Positions 1 through 11,100 of a stretch of DNA of 64,000 nt are shown here, piece by piece. The notes beneath the pieces were generated by a model. The model was not told the DNA's origin. It made no database searches and was given only the letters and a program-made list of their open reading frames with translations. The stretch's first letter is position 1. Each line of letters begins with the position of its first letter. The position numbers and the translations under genes are program-made. Origin of the DNA: Nemertoderma westbladi (lineage: Eukaryota > Animalia > Xenacoelomorpha); assembly GCA_032718475.1 (NCBI GenBank), contig JAUCBJ010006677.1, positions 1 to 64,000 on the forward strand, in the 5' to 3' direction.

Positions 1-535
1 AGTTAAGGGGGGACATCACACCTGAAATTTTTTTTTCTTCAAAAAAATTTTTTTTTCATATTTTTGTTCAAAATTTTATGCTGATTCCAAATACGAAACC
101 CGTTTTTTATTAGCTTTTATAGTTTTTAAGTTAAGACAGGTTTAACCGGACACGTTTTTTGGAAATTTTGGCCAAATTTTAACATTTTTTACATGAATTT
201 GTACTGTACATTTACGCAACTTCATATCATACAGTACAGTGGTTATGAAGAGTAGGCCTACTTAAGGGCGGGAAATTTAAAGTGGTTAATCGAGACTGTC
301 AGCCTGTGCAGTGTAAATGAATTCCAGCACAACTGCTGTAGTGTAAATCATATAACAATATAAGCCTGTAAGCCTAGCAAATTTCTAATTGTACAGTAAT
401 CTACACTGTTTGCTAGAGATCCCTATTGTTTTGTTGATTATTAATTAAGTAAAATTTATTGTTGTATGTTTGTAACCTAGCTAGAGTAGGCCTAGCCTAT
501 ACTGCTATATTGCTGTATTGTGAAAGTTTACTGTT

Positions 536-847
536 ATGCCCCGCCGGTCACGTCAGGCGCGTTCCAAGGAATTCGAGGGTACCCGATATGCAGATATTTG
601 CAAGCAAAGAGATTCTTCTACCGATGATGGAAATTTCCATGCTTACTATACAGCCCTGATCCACAATCGAGGTGCTTCAACCACAATGATTATAGCCAAT
701 GCCATCAATCTAAATCCTGGACTAGCCCTTTTACGATCCTGTAGACAAAGAGATCGAAAACGTGTAGCCAAAAGTCTTACAATCAAGCCGTCAAAGAAAG
801 CTAAAGTTGCCAAGGACACTTCCACTTATAAAGGCGGAGCATTCTAA
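536..847 (+). pseudogene. Transposase remnant (N-terminus fused to C-terminus), 103 aa
   Basis: Lies inside the TIR element. A basic N-terminus (MPRRSRQ..FEGTRY) is joined to a C-terminal segment (HNRG..NPG..DRKRV..YKGGAF*) resembling Kolobok-type transposase ends as I recall them. No catalytic core is present. Confidence 0.5.
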
Positions 848-1112
848 TTAATTCTAATTTCGTTTAGAACATTTTTCATATTTTCATTTTATTTTAGACC
901 AAATTCTTACAATTTTTCTATATTTCTCCCTGTGCTTCATTATAATTATTGCAATTATTATCATACTAACCGCGAATCCTGCACTGCAACTATACATTTA
1001 TTTTGCAAAAGACGTGCTGCGCGAAGGCCCCCACTAATTTGAATTTTTTGATTTACTAGCTCAGAAACACGGGCTTTGCAACAAAATTTTAAATCACCTT
1101 TTCTCTAAGTTG

Positions 1113-1363
1113 ATGTTTCTCTACAACTTTCAAATTCATCATTTTCCCATAGGACCAATAGTTTTCTTAAATAGCGAAATTTATTACCTTTTTAATGATA
1201 ACTATATTAGTTATAAATAAAAACAAAATTTTATTTTACCTTTCCACTATGTCAATGTTTCTCTACAACTTTCAATTTCATCATTTTCCCATAGGACCAA
1301 TAGTTTTCTTAAATAGCGAAATTTATTACCTTTTTAATTATAACTATATTAGTTATAAATAAA
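1113..1363. repeat. Internal direct repeat (~110 bp x2, period 142 bp) within the Kolobok-like element
   Basis: ATGTTTCTCTACAACTTTCAA...TAGTTATAAATAAA starts at 1113 and again at 1255. Confidence 0.85.
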
Positions 1364-2090
1364 TAAAAAAATTATTGCATACTGGTTTGATTTCAGGGCA
1401 ATATGTGTCTCCATGCGAAGTTTCAGCATCATACGTTTTGTGGTACTCGAGTTAGAAGAAACAAATATCATACAAACAGACAGACTGACTCTACAACTTT
1501 GTTTGTAATTTTTAAAAATTTTTAATTAAAGCCGTTTTTCGCAGTTTTTCAAAAAAATTATTTTTTTGCACGTTTGTTGCTACTACTTTTGAACCGCTGG
1601 ATGGATTTTGATTCTGTTTTCGGCATCTTGTAGCCAAACATTCAAGCTTTAATATGAATTACCAAAATTTTGATATTTGAAGTTGATACAAAGTTATAAA
1701 CTTTTTTGTCAGTAAAAAACGAAAAATTGAATCTTTGAGACTTGATGACGTCATATCTTTGTACCCAGAGTGAAAAAAAAAATTTTGGTAATTCAAATAA
1801 CAGTTCATGAAATTATAAAACTAATGTAAAAGGAATTTACGAAATTCGTTTAAAAATACAGTAGTAGTAGTGAATTATATTTTTAACTGGTTTAAAATAC
1901 ATTATGCTAATTTAAGACGGCTCATTAACATCTAATTATCATAATTAGGTGAAAAAATTTTTTTTTTTTTAATTTAGTGTTTTGTTATTAAAATGAGCCA
2001 TAAATTGTTGCCAGGTGTAGAGCCATTCAAAAGTTACATGTGATGCAAGTTCGGACACACAAAGTACACTTCAAGGTGTGATGTCCCCCC

Positions 2091-2666
2091 TTAACTGACG
2101 CCTGTGAGGCCGATTGTGTCCGGTAATTCCACTGGCCTCTAGTGGCCGGACCTCCCCGCATTGCTAATGTAATCCATAGTGGGGGTTGGGGGGTGCTTTT
2201 TTGCCGAGTAAGCTCTCGGGGCAAATACCACACCCTGGTTTGCCATTCCACAGGGTGGGTGTCGCAATGGAGTCAAATATGAGGCCCATCACCCATATCT
2301 ACTCTGGCGCACATGACCCACCATTGGCTGTTGCAGCTCATCTGCTGGGTCATGCCATGTACCCTTGCTGCCAGGTGCAGGTCGCAGTGAAGTGCTCTCG
2401 GAGTGGACATGAGAACACTCTACTCCTGACCAGCCATTGGTAGTTCACCATCTGCCTGGTCAGGCCATATACCCCTGCAGCCAAGTATATGGGTCCTTAA
2501 TCCAGGACCAAGGGCGTCCTTATCCCAGAACGAAGGGGGTCCTAGTTACAGGACCAGATTTGCCCTAGTAAGAGGGTCTATGCAGCTACAGGTGGCACCT
2601 CCTTTATGCTGCATGGAGGTGGCAAGTTTTCTTGATCAATGACCTAGAATACCTGACCTGACCTGG
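2091..2666 (-). mobile_element. 5' region of an RTE-clade LINE (family A); the body lies beyond the left window edge
   Basis: 2091-2365 is the near-identical reverse complement of 37707-37980. It continues ~300 bp further 5' than that copy. The left boundary is the Kolobok insertion site and the right boundary is approximate. Confidence 0.8.
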
Positions 2667-2682
2667 TACTTTTATAGCCCGG

Positions 2683-4440
2683 TACTACTACTACTAGGTC
2701 GAGCGAACTCGGACAGTGGAAATGAGATCCTTCCAGGCTTCCCGATTCTCCATAGTTGTCGCAATTTCGTTTCTCCTAAGTTCAGTATCCCTTTCAAGTT
2801 GATCTATATATTTTATGGCCGGTCGTCCACGACTACGCTTTCCATGAGTTGGTTGCCAGAAAAGTAGATCTGGTATGACCTCGTCTTTACTTCGCCAGCA
2901 GTGCCCACTGAATCTTAATCTGCGTTCACGGAGGGTGGTTGATACAGGTGGTATTGTACCATAAAGCTCGGCGTTTGTCATGTGTTGTCTCTAGCTGATG
3001 TTTAGGGCTGCCCTTAGTAGTCTTGTGTAGCAACCATCAATTCGTTGTTAAAGTCATTTAGTCAGTGTCCAGGTCTCACCCCCATATAAAAATACACTTT
3101 TCACTGTGGCTCGAAAGAACTTAGTCTTCAGGTGCCTGGAGAGATCTGATTTCCAGATGGTATCCATTTTTGATAGAGCTACCCAAGCCTTTGCTTTCCT
3201 AAATTCTATGTCCTTTTTGCTACTTTCTATCCATGAACCAAAGTACTGGAAGTCATCGACCTTCCTTAGTTGATTATTATCAATGGTTGTCAAGTTTCCA
3301 TCAACATTAAAGGTCATGAATTCGGTCTTTGTAGCATTTATATGCAATCCAACCTCCTTAGCAGCCCTCTCCACTTTATTTAGTAGAAGCTGTGCATCTG
3401 CTAGGGTATTAGAGAGCAGGGTGATGTCATCCGCAAAGTCGGTGTCTGTGACTGTAGTTGGCGGATATCCACTACTTCTGCGTTCTTGAAGTGTGAATCC
3501 CAGGTCTTCACCCTTTGTGGCCGTCCTCATTGCTTAATCCAGCACAATTACAAATAGTAATGGTGCTAATGTGTCACCTTGCAGTACGCCAGCCAGGATT
3601 GAGAAAAACTCAGTTTCACCATCTGGTGAGAGTACCTGCGCTTCTGTGTCACAATATAACAATCCAATGCCAGCAACAATTACTTCTGGTATTCCATAAG
3701 CTCTTAGGATTTCAAGCATTTTACCTCTATGGATGGAGTCGAATGCCTTCTTGAAGTCCACAAAAGTCATTACAGCGGGGAGATTCTTTGACTTAATTCC
3801 TTCAATCAGTCTCCGTAGTGCAAGTATCTGAGCTATTGTTGATCTACTTGGTCGAAATCCGTTTTGGCTCTTACGCAGTAGTTTCTCTATGTGAGGCCTA
3901 ATCCTATATAGAATCATTTTATTGTATATTTTGGCAGCTACCACAAGCAGACAGATCCCACGATAGTTTGTTGGTATGCCGAGGTCTCCTTTCTTGGAGA
4001 GAGGCTTTAGTTGACCTTTAGTCCAAATTGGTGGTGGCTTTTCCCCTTTTAACATCCGGTTGCAAACATTCAATAATGGTCTGTTTAGCACTCCGGTTTT
4101 CCATACCTCCGCTGGGATTTCATCTAATCCACTCGCTTTATTATTGGACATGCTTTTAATGCTTCTTTGGAGTTCGGCAGGTGTGAAGTCCCCTGTTTCT
4201 ATAGGTAGTGTCTTGTCATATATTTTCCTTGTAGGGCTGACCTCGATGTTTGGTGGCTGCCCAAGCAAGTTGCTGAAGTGATTTTTCCACTTCCCAACAC
4301 GTTCTTCAGGACTATCGGCTTTGAGGCGCCCCTTTGCACAGCTTTTCCGACCAGATAACTCATTTACAGTTTGCCAGGTAAGTCTTGATTGTTGCTGTAT
4401 GTAAGCAGTTGTAATTGCTTCAGTTTTATCCTGTATGTAA
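2683..4440 (-). pseudogene. 5'-truncated, decayed RTE-clade LINE (family B), reverse transcriptase region
   Basis: ORF pieces 3534-4268, 3054-3530 and 2694-2981 carry QNGFR, FVDFKKAFDS, GVLQGDTLAP, DFADD and RLRFSGHCWR, separated by in-frame stops. The ORF stop runs directly into a (TAG)n tail at 2683-2696. No TSD was seen. Confidence 0.9.
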
Positions 4441-4680
4441 TAGGGTTAAAAAATGCGGCACACTGCTGCCTGTTCATTGTAAATAATTAAGGACCACCAA
4501 GGACGTAATATGGTTAACCACTTTATATATAATCTCTGGTAAGACAAGTAAATAAAACTTGGTCTGATCAAATGTGTTTTTCTTGGTCTTTGGACGTAAA
4601 AATTTATGTAAATTATCTTTGGTACACCAAGGGTTTTAAGAATAAGATATATTTTTGAACTGATATTTTATTACGTTTAG

Positions 4681-4947
4681 GATTTATCAAATAATGTTGC
4701 GTTAAGAAAATCGAGTTCTTCATCTTTATTGGAGGATTCCCGGGATGCGTATCTAGGTAACGATGGTAATACTGGGCCAGTGTACCGGGATGGCTCCTGT
4801 ATCCAGTCGATACCGGTATCGGATTATACCTCGCCCTTGGCGATATGGTATGTCGATCTCGGCCGAATTTACGCAGTAGAGACGGTTGAGGTATACAACA
4901 GGAACGAAGATATTTATACGACATATCTCGAGAAATTTAGAACAAAG
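4681..4947 (+). CDS. Host exon: N-terminal part of an F-type lectin (fucolectin / F5-8 type C-like) domain
   Basis: Acceptor TTTAG at 4676-4680 and donor AAG|GTAAAA at 4948 bound 89 open codons: NVALRKSSSSS..GNDG..SCIQS..IWYVDLGRIYAVETVEVYNR..L. This matches the FTLD pattern NVA.K..QSS/DG/SC.HT/W.VDLG/V.I.NR. Confidence 0.8.
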
Positions 4948-5137
4948 GTAAAACACTGAATATCAGTGAATACTATTGAATTTTATATCTTAGCAAAAAT
5001 ATAATAAATTATATGTTATTTATCTTTTTGATTTGCTATTAACAATCCTGTGGCACCGAGTTCAGCTTATGTGGCAACGGGTTGGAGAACTGGCAATACC
5101 AACCACAATAAAAAGTAATAATTAGTTGTGTATCTTA

Positions 5138-8100
5138 AACATACAATATAGGAACGAAGTGAACGCTGTAACATACAACATAGGAACGAACTGAACGCTG
5201 TAACATACAATATAGGAACGAAGTGAACGCTGTAACATACAATATAGGAATGAAGTGAATGCTGTAACATACAATATAGGAACAAAGTGAGCGCTGTAAC
5301 ATACAATATAGGAACGAAGTGAACGCTGTAACATACAATATAAGAACGAAGTGAACGCTGTAACATGCAATATAGGAACGAAGTGAATGCTGTAACATAC
5401 AATATATGAACGAAGTGAACGCTGTAACATACAATATAGGAACGAAGTGAACGCTGTAACATACAATATAGGAACAAAGTGAATGCTGTAATATACAATA
5501 TAGGAACGAAGTGAACGCTGTAACATACAATATAGGAACAAAGTGAGCGCTGTAACATACAATATAGGAACAAAGTGAGCGCTGTAACATACAATATAGG
5601 AACGAAGTGAACGCTGTAACATACAATATAAGAACGAAGTGAACGCTGTAACATGCAATATAGGAACGAAGTGAATGCTGTAACATGCAATATAGGAATG
5701 AAGTGAATGCTGTAACATACAATATAGGAACGAAGTGAACGCTGTAACATACAATATAGGAACAAAGTGAACGCTGTAACATACAATATAGGAACGAAGT
5801 GAAAGCTGTAACATACAATATAGGAACAAAGTGAACGCTGTAACATACAATATAGGAACAAAGTGAGCGCTGTAATATACAATATAGGAACGAAGTGAAT
5901 GCTGTAATATACAATATAGGAACAAAGTGAACGCTGTAATATACAATATAGGAACGAAGTGAATGCTGTAACATACAATATAGGAATGAAGTGAACGCTG
6001 TAACATACAATATAGGAATGAAGTGAATGCTGTAATATACAATATAGGAACGAAGTGAATGCTGTAATATACAATATAGGAACAAAGTGAACGCTGTAAC
6101 ATACAATATAGGAACAAAGTGAGCGCTGTAATATACAATATAGGAACGAAGTGAATGCTGTAATATACAATATAGGAACGAAGTGAACGCTGTAATATAC
6201 AATATAGGAACGAAGTGAACGTTGTAACATATAATATAGGAACAAAGTGAATGCTGTAACATACAATATAGGAATGAAGTGAATGCTGTAACATACAAAA
6301 TAGGAACGAAGTGAACGCTGTAATATACAATATAGGAACAAAGTGAATGCTGTAATATACAATATAGGAACAAAGTGAACGCTGTAACATACAATATAGG
6401 AACAAAGTGAGCGTTGTAATATACAATATAGGAACGAAGTGAATGCTGTAATATACAATATAGGAACGAAGTGAACGCTGTAATATACAATATAGGAACG
6501 AAGTGAACGCTGTAATATACAATATAGGAACGAAGTGAACGCTGTAACATACAATATAGGAACAAAGTGAACGCTGTAATATACAATATAGGAACGAAGT
6601 GAACGCTGTAATATACAATATAGGAACGAAGTGAACGTTGTAATATACAATATAGGAACGAAGTGAACGCTGTAATATACAATATAGGAACGAAGTGAAC
6701 GTTGTAACATATAATATAGGAACAAAGTGAATGCTGTAACATACAATATAGGAATGAAGTGAATGCTGTAACATACAATATAGGAATGAAGTGAATGCTG
6801 TAACATACAAAATAGGAACAAAGTGAATGCTGTAACATACAATATAGGAATGAAGTGAGCGCTGTAATATACAATATAGGAACGAAGTGAATGCTGTAAT
6901 ATACAATATAGGAACGAAGTGAACGCTGTAATATACAATATAGGAACGAAGTGAACGTTGTAACATATAATATAGGAACAAAGTGAATGCTGTAACATAC
7001 AATATAGGAATGAAGTGAATGCTGTAACATACAAAATAGGAACAAAGTGAATGCTGTAACATACAATATAGGAATGAAGTGAGCACTGTAATATACAATA
7101 TAGGAACGAAGTGAATGCTGTAATATACAATATAGGAACAAAGTGAATGCTGTAACATACAATATAGGAACGAAGTGAACGCTGTAATATACAATATAGG
7201 AACGAAGTGAATGCTGTAACATACAATATAGGAATGAAGTGAATGCTGTAACATACAAAATAGGAACAAAGTGAATGCTGTAACATACAATATAGGAATG
7301 AAGTGAGCACTGTAATATACAATATAGGAACGAAGTGAATGCTGTAACATACAATATAGGAATGAAGTGAATGCTGTAACATACAAAATAGGAACAAAGT
7401 GAATGCTGTAACATACAATATAGGAATGAAGTGAGCACTGTAATATACAATATAGGAACGAAGTGAATGCTGTAATATACAATATAGGAACAAAGTGAAT
7501 GCTGTAACATACAATATAGGAACGAAGTGAGCGCTGTAATATACAATATAGGAACGAAGTGAACGCTGTAACATACAATATAGGAACGAAGTGAACGCTG
7601 TAATATACAATATAGGAACGAAGTGAATGCTGTAACATACAATATAGGAACGAAGTGAACGCTGTAATATACAATATAGGAACGAAGTGAATGCTGTAAC
7701 ATACAATATAGGAACGAAGTGAACGCTGTAACATACAATATAGGAATGAAGTGAATGCTGTAACATACAATATAGGAATGAAGTGAATGCTGTAACATAC
7801 AATATAGGAACGAAGTGAACGCTGTAACATACAATATAGGAACGAAGTGAACGCTGTAACATACAATATAGGAACAAAGTGAGCGCTGTAATATACAATA
7901 TAGGAACGAAGTGAACGCTGTAACATACAATATAGGAACGAAGTGAACGCTGTAACATACAATATAGGAACGAAGTGAACGCTGTAACATACAATATAGG
8001 AACAAAGTGAGCGCTGTAATATACAATATAGGAACGAAGTGAACGCTGTAACATACAATATAGGAACGAAGTGAACGCTGTAATATATAATATAGGAACG

Positions 8101-11100
8101 AAGTGAACGCTGTAACATACAATATAGGAACGAAGTGAACGCTGTAACATACAATATAGGAACGAAGTGAACGCTGTAATATATAATATAGGAACGAAGT
8201 GAATGCTGTAATATACAATATAGGAACGAAGTGAACGCTGTAACATACAATATAGGAATGAAGTGAACGCTGTAACATACAATATAGGAATGAAGTGAAT
8301 GCTGTAATATACAATATAGGAACGAAGTGAATGCTGTAATATACAATATAGGAACAAAGTGAACGCTGTAACATACAATATAGGAACAAAGTGAGCGCTG
8401 TAATATACAATATAGGAACGAAGTGAATGCTGTAATATACAATATAGGAACGAAGTGAACGCTGTAATATACAATATAGGAACGAAGTGAACGTTGTAAC
8501 ATATAATATAGGAACAAAGTGAATGCTGTAACATACAATATAGGAATGAAGTGAATGCTGTAACATACAAAATAGGAACGAAGTGAACGCTGTAATATAC
8601 AATATAGGAACGAAGTGAATGCTGTAATATACAATATAGGAACAAAGTGAACGCTGTAACATACAATATAGGAACAAAGTGAGCGTTGTAATATACAATA
8701 TAGGAACGAAGTGAATGCTGTAATATACAATATAGGAACGAAGTGAACGCTGTAATATACAATATAGGAACGAAGTGAACGCTGTAATATACAATATAGG
8801 AACGAAGTGAACGCTGTAACATACAATATAGGAACGAAGTGAACGCTGTAATATACAATATAGGAACGAAGTGAACGTTGTAACATATAATATAGGAACA
8901 AAGTGAATGCTGTAACATACAATATAGGAATGAAGTGAATGCTGTAACATACAATATAGGAATGAAGTGAATGCTGTAACATACAAAATAGGAACAAAGT
9001 GAATGCTGTAACATACAATATAGGAATGAAGTGAGCGCTGTAATATACAATATAGGAACGAAGTGAATGCTGTAATATACAATATAGGAACGAAGTGAAC
9101 GCTGTAATATACAATATAGGAACGAAGTGAACGTTGTAACATATAATATAGGAACAAAGTGAATGCTGTAACATACAATATAGGAATGAAGTGAGCACTG
9201 TAATATACAATATAGGAACGAAGTGAATGCTGTAATATACAATATAGGAACGAAGTGAACGCTGTAATATACAATATAGGAACAAAGTGAATGCTGTAAC
9301 ATACAATATAGGAATGAAGTGAGCACTGTAATATACAATATAGGAACGAAGTGAATGCTGTAATATACAATATAGGAACAAAGTGAATGCTGTAACATAC
9401 AATATAGGAATGAAGTGAGCGCTGTAATATACAATATAGGAACGAAGTGAATGCTGTAATATACAATATAGGAACGAAGTGAACGCTGTAATATACAATA
9501 TAGGAACGAAGTGAACGTTGTAACATATAATATAGGAACAAAGTGAATGCTGTAACATACAATATAGGAATGAAGTGAATGCTGTAATATACAATATAGG
9601 AACGAAGTGAACGTTGTAACATATAATATAGGAACAAAGTGAATGCTGTAACATACAATATAGGAATGAAGTGAGCACTGTAATATACAATATAGGAACG
9701 AAGTGAACGCTGTAATATACAATATAGGAACGAAGTGAACGTTGTAACATATAATATAGGAACAAAGTGAATGCTGTAACATACAATATAGGAATGAAGT
9801 GAGCACTGTAACATACAATATAGGAATGAAGTGAATGCTGTAACATACAAAATAGGAACAAAGTGAATGCTGTAACATACAATATAGGAACGAAGTGAAT
9901 GCTGTAACATACAATATAGGAACGAAGTGAATGCTGTAACATACAATATAGGAATGAAGTGAGCACTGTAATATACAATATAGGAACGAAGTGAATGCTG
10001 TAATATACAATATAGGAACAAAGTGAGCGCTGTAATATACAATATAGGAACAAAGTGAATGCTGTAACATACAATATAGGAACGAAGTGAACGCTGTAAT
10101 ATACAATATAGGAACGAAGTGAATGCTGTAACATACAATATAGGAACGAAGTGAACGCTGTAATATACAATATAGGAACGAAGTGAATGCTGTAACATAC
10201 AATATAGGAACGAAGTGAACGCTGTAACATACAATATAGGAATGAAGTGAATGCTGTAATATATAATATAGGAACGAAGTGAACGCTGTAACATACAACA
10301 TAGGAACGAACTGAACGCTGTAACATACAATATAGGAACGAAGTGAACGCTGTAACATACAATATAGGAATGAAGTGAATGCTGTAACATACAATATAGG
10401 AATGAAGTGAATGCTGTAACATACAATATAGGAACGAAGTGAACGCTGTAACATACAATATAGGAACGAAGTGAACGCTGTAACATACAATATAGGAACA
10501 AAGTGAGCGCTGTAATATACAATATAGGAACGAAGTGAACGCTGTAACATACAATATAGGAACGAAGTGAACGCTGTAATATATAATATAGGAACGAAGT
10601 GAACGCTGTAACATACAATATAGGAACGAAGTGAACGCTGTAACATACAATATAGGAACGAAGTGAACGCTGTAATATATAATATAGGAACGAAGTGAAT
10701 GCTGTAATATACAATATAGGAACGAAGTGAACGCTGTAACATACAATATAGGAACAAAGTGAGAGCTGTAGTATACAATATAGGAACGAAGTGAATGCTG
10801 TAATATACAATATAGGAACGAAGTGAACGCTGTAACATACAATATAGGAATGAAGTGAGCGCTGTAATATACAATATAGGAACAAAGTGAACGCTGTAAC
10901 ATACAATATAGGAACAAAGTGAGCGCTGTAATATACAATATAGGAACGAAGTGAATGCTGTAATATACAATATAGGAACGAAGTGAACGCTGTAATATAC
11001 AATATAGGAACGAAGTGAACGCTGTAACATACAATATAGGAATGAAGTGAGCGCTGTAATATACAATATAGGAACGAAGTGAATGCTGTAATATACAATA

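Larger units (their letters stand above)
7..2090 (+). mobile_element. Non-autonomous cut-and-paste DNA transposon, Kolobok-like (internal deletion derivative)
   Basis: Perfect 17-bp terminal inverted repeat (GGGGGGACATCACACCT at 7-23, AGGTGTGATGTCCCCCC at 2074-2090) flanked by TTAA at 3-6 and 2091-2094. Purine termini after TTAA fit Kolobok rather than piggyBac (CCC). The flanks rejoin to the RTE sequence AGTTAACTGACG. Confidence 0.8.

Noticed and set aside
1400-1490. Helentron/DINE-like motif (AAGTTTCA...ACAGACAGAC) inside the Kolobok-like element
   Set aside because: It is too short and has no definable termini, so it cannot be supported as a separate element.
4510-4544. ATG...CTG|GTAAGA as a possible first coding exon of the lectin gene
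   Set aside because: The ATG frame would splice out of phase with exon 4681 and the in-phase frame contains TAA. Upstream coding exons are not identifiable in this window.
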